Shown in pieces: positions 31,281 through 39,676 of a stretch of 64,000 nt of DNA (within the stretch, counting starts at the first letter, position 1; every line of letters starts with the position of its first letter). The translations under genes and the position numbers were made by a program. Under the pieces are notes generated by a model that saw nothing but the letters and a program-made list of their open reading frames with translations, was not told the DNA's origin and searched no databases. The stretch comes from Vallitaleaceae bacterium. GTDB lineage: Bacteria > Bacillota > Clostridia > Lachnospirales > Vallitaleaceae. Location of the stretch: positions 5,098,136 through 5,162,135 of the forward strand of contig OY782500.1 of NCBI GenBank assembly GCA_963677885.1. The letters run 5' to 3'.

Positions 31281-32702
31281 TTGGAAAGGAATGGAGATAT
31301 GGGTATTATTAGAGTAGGAATGGAAGCAGTAGGCGGAACTTTAGCCGATCAATGGCTGGAAAGGGTTGAACCGGCTAATATTAATAATTCAATTGTAGCT
31401 TCCTATGGAGTTGTCAGCCGTAAGGACGAGAAGAGAAACCGAAACCGTAAAGGATCACCACATGTGATTTCCAACGGTTCCTTAATACAGGTTCCTGAAA
31501 ACACCTTTATGATCCTTGTGGACTCCGGCAAGATTATCGCAGCAACCAATGAGGCCGGCTTCTATCAGGTAGACAATTCAAGAGCCCCTAGTATTTTCTT
31601 TGAATCAAGCGGAGAAAATGAAGTGGCAGGTTATAACAATACAGGTAACAATGGAATCGAAAGACCAGGCGGTATTATGAATACAGTCAAGGATTCTTTT
31701 GAACGTTTTAAATTTGGTGGATCTGCACCCTATGAGCAAAAAGTTATTTATATCAATATGCAGGAGATTCCAAACATAAGATTTGGCACTCCTAATCCAA
31801 TTATCTTTGGAGACCGTAAGTTGGTCCCTGGAACCATGATCTCAACAGAAATCAGAGCCCATGGTACTTATTCCATTAAGGTTTCCGACCCGATTTTATT
31901 CTATAGAGAAGTACTGAACAAAACAGGAGACAAAGACTTTGCCAAAGACGATATGGCTGAACAGTATATCGATGAGTTTTTAGCAGCCTTTACAGATTCT
32001 ATCGCAAGCATGGCTTATGAAGACTGCAGCGTTATAGAACTGCCAACCAGACAACGGGAAATCGGTAAGTTTATGGCCCAAACCCTTGATGAGGAATGGT
32101 TAAGCCAGCGTGGTTTCTTTATCAACTCTGTTGCAGTAAGGAACATGACTTACGATGAGGAAACCAAGAAATTTATTGACCAACACAGACAGGATGCCTT
32201 GCTTCTTGATCCAAACCGCCGTGCAGCCCGTATGACTCGCGGTGTTGCTTCCGGTATAGAGAACGCTGGTAAGAATGAAAATGGAGCTATGATGGGATTT
32301 GCCGGCGTTGGTATGGGTATGAATGCAGTGGGTGGAGGTCTATCTGATGTTATGAATCCTGCCACACCACAAGCCCCGGTAAGTCCACAGCCAGTCCCAC
32401 AAGCGGCACCTGGGGCTGATGGTTGGACCTGTACCAAGTGTGGCAATACCAATAATGACGCAGCCAAGTTCTGTTCCGGTTGCGGTAATAAAAAGCCTGA
32501 GCCGGTAGCAGCTGGATCCTGGCACTGTAGTGAATGTGGAACAGCAAATACAGGTAAATTCTGTACTAACTGCGGAAACAAGAAACCTGAAGCAGCAACT
32601 TACCAGTGTAACAACTGCGGTTTTGTTCCGGAAGATCCAAGCAATCCACCTAAGTTTTGTCCAAGCTGTGGTGACAAATTCGATATTACTGACCGTAAGT
32701 AG
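31281..32702 (+). CDS. SPFH/band-7-like (YdjI-like) protein with three C-terminal double zinc-ribbon repeats
   Basis: 473 aa. The N-terminal region resembles B. subtilis YdjI-type SPFH-like proteins. The C-terminus has three CxxC-x(8-12)-CxxC modules (WTCTKCGN...CSGCGNKKPE; WHCSECGT...CTNCGNKKPE; YQCNNCGF...CPSCGDKF) separated by a Pro/Ala-rich linker. Confidence 0.55.
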   Translation: MERNGDMGIIRVGMEAVGGTLADQWLERVEPANINNSIVASYGVVSRKDEKRNRNRKGSPHVISNGSLIQVPENTFMILVDSGKIIAATNEAGFYQVDNSRAPSIFFESSGENEVAGYNNTGNNGIERPGGIMNTVKDSFERFKFGGSAPYEQKVIYINMQEIPNIRFGTPNPIIFGDRKLVPGTMISTEIRAHGTYSIKVSDPILFYREVLNKTGDKDFAKDDMAEQYIDEFLAAFTDSIASMAYEDCSVIELPTRQREIGKFMAQTLDEEWLSQRGFFINSVAVRNMTYDEETKKFIDQHRQDALLLDPNRRAARMTRGVASGIENAGKNENGAMMGFAGVGMGMNAVGGGLSDVMNPATPQAPVSPQPVPQAAPGADGWTCTKCGNTNNDAAKFCSGCGNKKPEPVAAGSWHCSECGTANTGKFCTNCGNKKPEAATYQCNNCGFVPEDPSNPPKFCPSCGDKFDITDRK

Positions 32703-32710
32703 GTGATGTC

Positions 32711-33748
32711 ATGTCAAATATAAAAGAATACGATTGCCCCAATTGTGGAGGGCCTCTACGCTTCAACCCTGAGGAATCAGGGTGGAAGTGTGATTATTGT
32801 TTCAGTCAGTTTGATAAAGAAGAAATCGACAGGATTTATGGGTCTGTTGAAGAGGAAGGTCTTGAGGAAGTCCATGAAGACCTGGATACCTATCACTGTG
32901 AATCCTGTGGTGCTGACCTGATTGCAGAAGAGAATACATCAGCGACTTTTTGTCTCTATTGTAAAAGTCCTACAGTCATTAAACAGCGCTTCAAAGGCGA
33001 ATTTAAACCTTCTTATGTTATTCCTTTCAAAGTAGGTAAAGATGCTGCCAAGGATATGTACCGTCAATGGATCGGTAAGAAGTTTTTTGCTCCTACTGCC
33101 TTTAAGCTGGATGATGAAATTGATAAAGTTACTGGTATGTACGCGCCATTTTGGCTCTTTAACTGTGATGCCCATGGAGAAATGTCCGGTACTGGAAAGA
33201 AGATTTCCTCCTGGCGATCCGGTGATTATGAATATACAAAAACCAAAACCTATCACGTTGAACGGTCCGGTCATATCCATTATGACCGTATACCTGTTGA
33301 TGGTTCCAAGAAACTGGATGATATGTATATGAATATGATAGAACCTTTTGACTATAAGGAATTACGTGACTTTACCATGCATTATTTAACCGGTTTTCTC
33401 GCAGAAAAGTATGATGTAGGTTCTGATGAAACAGTAAAAGTTATGGAAGCCAAGGCCAGAGATTTTGTATCTTCAAGAGTAAGAAGTACAGTCAGTGGCT
33501 ATTCCACTTTTACACCAACCGTGGATACGGCCCACATTCACAACATCGAAGAGCATTATGCTTTAATGCCTATCTATATTCTTATGAATAAGTTCAGAGA
33601 CAAGGAATACATGTTTTTTATTAACGGCCAAACCGGCAAAATTGTTGGAGATGCTCCCATTGACCATAAGCGCCAGGCCTTGTTTTTTGGTGCTGTCTTT
33701 GCTGTTGCATGGATCATTACCGTCATAGGAGGTGCTTTCTTTGGCTAA
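32711..33748 (+). CDS. zinc-ribbon membrane protein (YdjG-like)
   Basis: 345 aa. Two N-terminal zinc ribbons (CPNCGG...CDYC; CESCGA...CLYC) and a C-terminal TM helix (ALFFGAVFAVAWIITVIGGAFF). Confidence 0.5.
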   Translation: MSNIKEYDCPNCGGPLRFNPEESGWKCDYCFSQFDKEEIDRIYGSVEEEGLEEVHEDLDTYHCESCGADLIAEENTSATFCLYCKSPTVIKQRFKGEFKPSYVIPFKVGKDAAKDMYRQWIGKKFFAPTAFKLDDEIDKVTGMYAPFWLFNCDAHGEMSGTGKKISSWRSGDYEYTKTKTYHVERSGHIHYDRIPVDGSKKLDDMYMNMIEPFDYKELRDFTMHYLTGFLAEKYDVGSDETVKVMEAKARDFVSSRVRSTVSGYSTFTPTVDTAHIHNIEEHYALMPIYILMNKFRDKEYMFFINGQTGKIVGDAPIDHKRQALFFGAVFAVAWIITVIGGAFFG

Positions 33749-34535
33749 TAAATCTTTCAGAAGAATATTATCTCTAAGTCTTTTAGTCTTTATGGTCCTA
33801 AGTATGACCCTGGTCTATGCTGAGGGTCAAAGTGTCGTCGATGAAGCCAATCTTTTGGATGGGACTACAGAGCAGACCTTGGAAACTCAGGCAAAGTATA
33901 TTGTGGATACCTATAAAATGGAACCTGTTGTTGTAACGACCAACAACTCAGAAGGCAAAAGCTGGATGGCCTATGCTGATGATTATTATGACTACAATGG
34001 TTATGGAGTTGGCAGTGAAAATGAAGGTATCCTTCTACTGATTGACATGGGGACAGATGATGGTAACAGAGGTTACTGGATATCAACAACCGGGTCAAGA
34101 ACCATTAGCAAGTATGAAAACCAGATTGAAAAGATGAAGGAAGTTGTCCTCAAGTACCTTAAAAAGGGTGACTATGACCGGGCATGTCTTGAATTTATGA
34201 ATATGGTTGAGAATATGGAAGCTTCAGGAAAACCCTATACTTTCGGTCAAAGACTGATGGGTATGGTGACCTCCTGGATTCCTTATGTTGTGGCCCTGGC
34301 TATTGGTGCCATTGCTACAGGTATACTAACCCTTCAAAGTAAAAGCAAGGTTACAGCATCCGGAAGAAATTATGAAGAACCTGGCTCCTTCAAATTGGAG
34401 CGGGAAGTTGACCGTTTTGAACATGAACATACCACAAGAAGGGCTATTCCTAAAAACAACTCCAGCGGAGGTGGTGGAGGCAGCCATACCGGTTCCTCCG
34501 GCACATCCCACGGCGGTGGAGGCGGAGGTTTCTAG
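33732..34535 (+). CDS. TPM-domain protein (YdjH/YgcG-like) with TM anchor and Gly-rich tail
   Basis: Signal/TM segment, TPM-like domain (NLLDGTTEQTLETQAKYIVDTYKMEPVVVTTNN...GILLLIDMGTDDGNRGYWISTTG), a second TM segment, and a C-terminal GGGGGSHTGSSGTSHGGGGGGF tail. It overlaps the previous gene by 17 nt. Confidence 0.55.
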   Translation: MLSLANKSFRRILSLSLLVFMVLSMTLVYAEGQSVVDEANLLDGTTEQTLETQAKYIVDTYKMEPVVVTTNNSEGKSWMAYADDYYDYNGYGVGSENEGILLLIDMGTDDGNRGYWISTTGSRTISKYENQIEKMKEVVLKYLKKGDYDRACLEFMNMVENMEASGKPYTFGQRLMGMVTSWIPYVVALAIGAIATGILTLQSKSKVTASGRNYEEPGSFKLEREVDRFEHEHTTRRAIPKNNSSGGGGGSHTGSSGTSHGGGGGGF

Positions 34536-34555
34536 TTTCAGATCCTTATGTTAAG

Positions 34556-34580
34556 AAAAATGGCTTTTTGCCATTTTTTC
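34556..34580 (+). terminator. intrinsic terminator
   Basis: AAAAATGGCTTTTTGCCATTTTTT. Confidence 0.6.
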
Positions 34581-34726
34581 TTTTCTAATGGTATTCTAAT
34601 GTGGAGTTAAAACTCTTGCAATAAACCTTGTCTATAATAGGCTTATGAAAAGAAAATATAAAAATTTCTATATGACATGCAGACCGGATATGATGCAACA
34701 TAATCTTAGTACGAAGGAGGTGCCAC

Positions 34727-35488
34727 ATGATCATTACAGAGAAAATGATTCGTGAACTTCAAAGACGTGTGGATGTTTCCTATGAAGAAGCCGAAAGGTT
34801 TCTAAAACGAGCAGGGGGAAATATTGATATTGCAGAAAGCTATGCCATGCGAAAGGAAAATTCCATCTGGTCCAGGCTTTTTAGTGAATTAGAGAATATT
34901 ATTGATGCGACCTTAGTTTATCGCTTAAAGATTTATAAGGACGAAGACGTATATACCAATATTCCTGTTATTGTTCTTGTTGTATTACTGGCTCTCATCG
35001 GTGTGGACAAGTCCTTGTTTGTTGGTGTAGTTTTTGTTGTTTGGGCCTTGTTGGCCGATTGCAACCTTAAACTGGATAAGGTAGAAAGGGATACAAGTTT
35101 TACCTTCAACAAGGGAAGTGAAAAGCGGACCAGACAAAGGGTTACCCAGGCGGCTAACAGAACAGAGAGAGTTCAGCGAAATGCTGAGAAGAAAGCCTAT
35201 AAAAAGGTTAGGAAAGCTAGACAAAGCACCAGGAAAGCTGGTATATCTGTAAATATTGATTTTAATCATGATCAGCCAAGTGAAAATGATCAGGTTCATG
35301 AGTCCGGGAACCAGGAACCTGTATTTGATGATGAATATAATAGTTCCCAAGATCAAGTCGAAGAAATTGTTGAACCTTCTGATTCTCAGGAAGCTACTGG
35401 CAAGGTTGAGCCTCAGTATCAGGAAGGTGAATATCTACCGACTGATGATGACGACGATGACTACTATGAAGTTACGATAGAAAAATAG
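34727..35488 (+). CDS. hypothetical membrane protein with N-terminal UBA/EF-Ts-N-like helical domain and acidic C-terminal tail
   Basis: ITEKMIRELQRRVDVSYEEAERFLKRAGGNIDIAESYAMRK resembles UBA-like (DUF4342-type) N-domains. Two TM helices follow, then a K/R-rich and a D/E-rich tail (TDDDDDDYYEV). Confidence 0.45.
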   Translation: MIITEKMIRELQRRVDVSYEEAERFLKRAGGNIDIAESYAMRKENSIWSRLFSELENIIDATLVYRLKIYKDEDVYTNIPVIVLVVLLALIGVDKSLFVGVVFVVWALLADCNLKLDKVERDTSFTFNKGSEKRTRQRVTQAANRTERVQRNAEKKAYKKVRKARQSTRKAGISVNIDFNHDQPSENDQVHESGNQEPVFDDEYNSSQDQVEEIVEPSDSQEATGKVEPQYQEGEYLPTDDDDDDYYEVTIEK

Positions 35489-35495
35489 GCGGAGG

Positions 35496-36185
35496 ATGGA
35501 AATGTCGAATAAGATATTAATTGTAGAAGATGAAAAACGAATCTCCAGATTTTTAGAGCTGGAACTTAAGCATGAGGGATACGAGATTCTTGCAGCCTTT
35601 GACGGACGAACCGGTCTTGATCTTGCTACCAATGAAAACCCTGACCTTATTATACTTGACTTGATGTTACCTGTTATGAGCGGTATTGAAGTATGTCGAA
35701 GAATCAGACAGGCTAAAAGCCAAGTCCCTATTATTATGCTTACAGCCAAAGATGACGTGACAGATAAAGTTATGGGCCTTGATATGGGTGCTGATGATTA
35801 TATGACCAAACCCTTTGCAATTGAAGAACTTCTGGCCAGGATCCGTGTTGCTATTAAGCGAAAAATTGCTGAACCCAAAGAAGAAGCGACTATTCTAGAG
35901 TTTGAGAAACTGATTGTCAACGATCAAAAACGTCAGGTAACCTATGAAGAGGAAATTATCGAACTTACCAAGAAAGAGTATGAACTTCTTAAGTACCTTC
36001 TTGAGAACAAGAACATCGCCCTTGACCGTGAAAAGATACTGGAAAAGGTTTGGGGTTATGACTATTACGGTGATACCAATGTTATTGATGTGTATGTGAG
36101 ATATTTACGATCCAAGATAGATCAAAAATATGGACTGGATATGATAAAGACAGTTAGAGGAGTTGGCTATATCATCTATGATTAA
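35496..36185 (+). CDS. OmpR-family response regulator
   Basis: 229 aa with a receiver domain (ILIVEDE...DLIILDLMLP) and a winged-helix trans_reg_C domain. Confidence 0.9.
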   Translation: MEMSNKILIVEDEKRISRFLELELKHEGYEILAAFDGRTGLDLATNENPDLIILDLMLPVMSGIEVCRRIRQAKSQVPIIMLTAKDDVTDKVMGLDMGADDYMTKPFAIEELLARIRVAIKRKIAEPKEEATILEFEKLIVNDQKRQVTYEEEIIELTKKEYELLKYLLENKNIALDREKILEKVWGYDYYGDTNVIDVYVRYLRSKIDQKYGLDMIKTVRGVGYIIYD

Positions 36186-37671
36186 GAAATTATTTAGGGG
36201 AATCTTCGGATTCCCTGTTTGGTTGATAAAAAAAATCCGAGACTGGATCATACAGATATTTAGAAGTTTTCATCTGTCCATGCGACGAAAGATAACAGCG
36301 GATTATCTGACTATCTATGTTATATCGGCAGTTGTATCGATAGTCATGGTACCCCTTATTTTTATGTTCTTTGAGATAGATGACCATGCTGATGAGGTCA
36401 GTAATGTCCTTAATCAGTACTTCGTATCCTATATTGAAGATGAATATGATTACGAGGATCTGGAGCTAAAGGTAAACCAGGTCTATCTGCGGGAGGAAGT
36501 TTCTCTTAAAGTCGGTATTTCCGAGTCGGGAACAGAGGATAAGTATATCTATACTGGAGACTACAAATCTTATGATTCACCGACTGGTTTCCTTGATTTC
36601 TTTGATAAGCTTTTTGACAAAGGTCGGGTATCCAAGCGGATTATCCGTTATGACCTTTTAAACCCAGACTCTGATCGGCTCCTTAGTTTTTCAGTAGACG
36701 GTTATTACCCCCTAAGGCTTTATATGCCTGAGATGGTAACCCTGGGCATTATACTCATCGTTTTCTACTGTGTTGGTTTTGTCTTTATGTCTATGATCGG
36801 TGGAGCTCGTGTCAAAAACATCCTGAGCCCAATTTTCTTTATGACAAAGACAGCTGAGCAGATTTCAGTTTCCAATCTGGACCTTAGGCTTGATGTTGAA
36901 TCGACCAAGTATGAGCTGAAGGACCTGGCCATAACCCTTAATGACATGCTGGACCGATTAAACAGGGATTACGGTAAGCAGAAGCGTTTTGTTTCCGACG
37001 TATCCCATGAGCTGAGAACCCCAATCAGTATTATTAATGGCTACGCCTCTATGCTTGAGCGCTGGGGAAAAAAGGATGAGGAAATCCTGGATGAATCTAT
37101 TGAAGCCATTAAAGGTGAAGCGGTCAATATGCAGATTCTGGTAGAAAACCTTTTGACCCTGGTAAGAAGTGATAACCAAACCCTTAGATACGAACCAAGT
37201 GAATTTGATATTGGTGAAATGGTCTGTTCCATTGTTAAGGAATTTAACATGGTCAATACCAAAGAACAGTACATTACCTGTGAGTCCAGAGACCATATCA
37301 AAGTCTATTTGGATGAAGCCAAGATTAAGCAAACCATGCGGATTTTCATCGACAATGCCATTAAATATACGCCTGAAAAAGGTGGTATCCAGGTTAAATG
37401 CTATCCTGTAGGTGATGAAGTTTATTTACATGTCAAAGATACAGGGATTGGTATTTCCAAGGAAGACCTGCCCCATCTTTTTGAGCGGTTTTATCGTTCA
37501 GATGAATCTAGGACCAGGCAAACAGGTGGCCATGGCCTGGGTCTTGCTATAGGTAAGGTTATTGTTATCAGCCATCAGGGCAGGATTAGAGTCAAGAGCA
37601 AAATCGGCAAGGGCAGTGAGTTTATCATTATCCTTCCTTTGAGAATGGAAGATCCGGTTCTTGAATCATAA
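36178..37671 (+). CDS. sensor histidine kinase (HisKA + HATPase_c)
   Basis: Two TM segments flank an extracytoplasmic region of about 140 aa. H-box SHELRTPIS, and N/G boxes (DTGIGIS, GGHGLGLAI). ATG 36178 overlaps the response-regulator stop. Confidence 0.85.
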   Translation: MIKKLFRGIFGFPVWLIKKIRDWIIQIFRSFHLSMRRKITADYLTIYVISAVVSIVMVPLIFMFFEIDDHADEVSNVLNQYFVSYIEDEYDYEDLELKVNQVYLREEVSLKVGISESGTEDKYIYTGDYKSYDSPTGFLDFFDKLFDKGRVSKRIIRYDLLNPDSDRLLSFSVDGYYPLRLYMPEMVTLGIILIVFYCVGFVFMSMIGGARVKNILSPIFFMTKTAEQISVSNLDLRLDVESTKYELKDLAITLNDMLDRLNRDYGKQKRFVSDVSHELRTPISIINGYASMLERWGKKDEEILDESIEAIKGEAVNMQILVENLLTLVRSDNQTLRYEPSEFDIGEMVCSIVKEFNMVNTKEQYITCESRDHIKVYLDEAKIKQTMRIFIDNAIKYTPEKGGIQVKCYPVGDEVYLHVKDTGIGISKEDLPHLFERFYRSDESRTRQTGGHGLGLAIGKVIVISHQGRIRVKSKIGKGSEFIIILPLRMEDPVLES

Positions 37672-37713
37672 GCGGTAACCCTATACTCCATAATTTGAAA
37701 TCCCAGTAGGTAA

Positions 37714-37760
37714 AAAAAAGGACTAAACCAGGCTTGTCATTGGTTTAGTCCTTGTTTTTA
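37714..37760. terminator. bidirectional terminator between the kinase and pepF
   Basis: AAAAAAAAGGACTAAACCAGGCTTGTCATTGGTTTAGTCCTTGTTTTT. Confidence 0.6.
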
Positions 37761-37809
37761 TCATTTAATAATGCTAGATAGAGATTAAGGTCTCTTGAGT
37801 ACTCATCTT

Positions 37810-39561
37810 CTATTTGCAGAACTCTTCAATAGATTCTTTAACAAGTTCCAAAGAACCACGGAAGAAATCTGGTTGATGTGAATCGATATTAACAATTTTT
37901 AAAACATCATGGATGGAGTTGCATCCGGTTGCAAGAAGCAGTTCATCATACTTAGGAACGAAGCTTTCACCATCTTCTTGATATAAGGCATAAAGTCCTT
38001 TAGCGAATAAAAGACCGAATGCATAGGGGAAGTTGTAAAAGTTTCTTGGTGCATAGTAGTAATGAGGCTTGCACATCCACATGTAAGGGTGAAGGGTCTC
38101 ATGATCAAGTCCTTCTCCGTAGGCCTTCTTCTGAGCATTGATCATAGCTTCTTTCAATTCTTCAACACTTAGGGAAGCTGTTTTACGCTTTTCAAAAAGT
38201 TCGGTTTCAAAGAGGTATCTGGAGTAAATATCCACGATAACCTGGGTTGCTCCTAATAACTCGTTTTCAATTATGACTTTTGCTTCTTCAGGGCTTGCAT
38301 CTTTAAGAGCAGCATTGAAGACAATGGTTTCACAGAAGATGGATGCTGTCTCTGCAAGTGGCATTGGATATGAAGCGTTGGTTGCAAGGGCATCTTTCAG
38401 GCATTCACCGTGGTAACCATGACCGAGTTCATGGGCAAGGGTTGTCATATCGTTAAAGGAGCCTGTAAAGTTGGACATAACACGGCTCTGTTTTATACCG
38501 TGAAGGTTGGAGCAGAATGCGCCGGCAACTTTTCCTTCTCTTGGGAATGGATCTATCCAGTGATGATCAAAGGCATGGGCTCCGAAGTTTCCAAGTTTTT
38601 CACTAAAGGAAGCAAATTGTTTAACAACAAAGTCTCTGGCCTCGCTATATTCGTAGCGCATGTTGACATCGCCAACCGGGGCAAAAAGGTCATACCATGG
38701 AAGACCCTTTTTGTGACCAAGCATTTCAGCTTTTTTAAGAAGATACTTTCTAAAGTGAGGAAGATATTCTTCAATAGCCGTCATCATGGCATCCAGGGTT
38801 TCTTTGTCCATACGTGAGGTTTCAAGAGTCATATGAAGAGGGGTGTCATAACGTCTTTTAGCTGCAGTTGTAATAACTTCACCTTTGATAGCATTAAGGC
38901 AGGCTGCAGAAGCTTCATCCATTTTTGTGTAAGCCTTAAGCTCGGCTTCATAGGCTGCTTTTCTAACAGTTGCATCAGGATCATAGGCTTTTGAGCGAAG
39001 GACAGTAATGGTTTCTTCTTTACCCTGGTACTCTCCAGTCAAAGTTGATACAATCTTGTTTTGAAGCTTGTTCCAGGCTTTGGAACCGGTATTGGAAAGT
39101 TCTGCCATCAACAGCTCCTCTTCAGTGGATAAGAGATGAGAAGCGGCTTTCTTGCCTTGATGAAGAGCAAAAGCATAATCAGAGAGTCCCTCAGCTTTTG
39201 CAATAAATGCATCTAAATCTTCTATTTCCTTTAGAATAAGATTTACCTTTGCTTCCATTAAGGTTAATTTTGGGAAATGTGCCTGTATCTGCTCGATGAG
39301 TTTTGAAGCATCAGTATTGGAAGTGTCAACTGAATAGGTTAGGGATGCGAAGGCATAGATGCTGGAGATTAAGTCGTCCAACTGGTCTCCGAATCTCATA
39401 TAATTGAGTAAATCTTCAGGAGCTGAATCAGTCTCAGGATCAATAGCATCTACTAAAGCAAGTCCCTTGTCGATAAGTTCCAGGAATTTGTCGAAATCCT
39501 TCTTAAGTTCTGGTGAATCAAAACCTGTATACAGGTCATCTAAGTTCCATCGTTTATCCAT
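37810..39561 (-). CDS. pepF: oligoendopeptidase F (M3B family)
   Basis: 583 aa with the HELGHGYH zinc-binding motif in an M3 context. Confidence 0.9.
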   Translation of the reverse strand: MDKRWNLDDLYTGFDSPELKKDFDKFLELIDKGLALVDAIDPETDSAPEDLLNYMRFGDQLDDLISSIYAFASLTYSVDTSNTDASKLIEQIQAHFPKLTLMEAKVNLILKEIEDLDAFIAKAEGLSDYAFALHQGKKAASHLLSTEEELLMAELSNTGSKAWNKLQNKIVSTLTGEYQGKEETITVLRSKAYDPDATVRKAAYEAELKAYTKMDEASAACLNAIKGEVITTAAKRRYDTPLHMTLETSRMDKETLDAMMTAIEEYLPHFRKYLLKKAEMLGHKKGLPWYDLFAPVGDVNMRYEYSEARDFVVKQFASFSEKLGNFGAHAFDHHWIDPFPREGKVAGAFCSNLHGIKQSRVMSNFTGSFNDMTTLAHELGHGYHGECLKDALATNASYPMPLAETASIFCETIVFNAALKDASPEEAKVIIENELLGATQVIVDIYSRYLFETELFEKRKTASLSVEELKEAMINAQKKAYGEGLDHETLHPYMWMCKPHYYYAPRNFYNFPYAFGLLFAKGLYALYQEDGESFVPKYDELLLATGCNSIHDVLKIVNIDSHQPDFFRGSLELVKESIEEFCK

Positions 39562-39676
39562 TTTAATTACCTCTTTTCTATATGTTTTATGTTTCTATAA
39601 CATTATAAATACTATACCATATATGTATCTAAGATAAAAGGAGTCTTAAGTCGTTTTTTGACTTAAGACTCCTTGT

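Noticed and set aside
39638-39674. Perfect palindrome AAGGAGTCTTAAGTCGTTTTTTGACTTAAGACTCCTT between pepF and the GGDEF-EAL gene, considered as a protein-binding operator
   Set aside because: It fits better as the intrinsic terminator of the upstream minus-strand gene (hairpin with a U-rich loop and flank). It lies in a 3' intergenic position, not a promoter.
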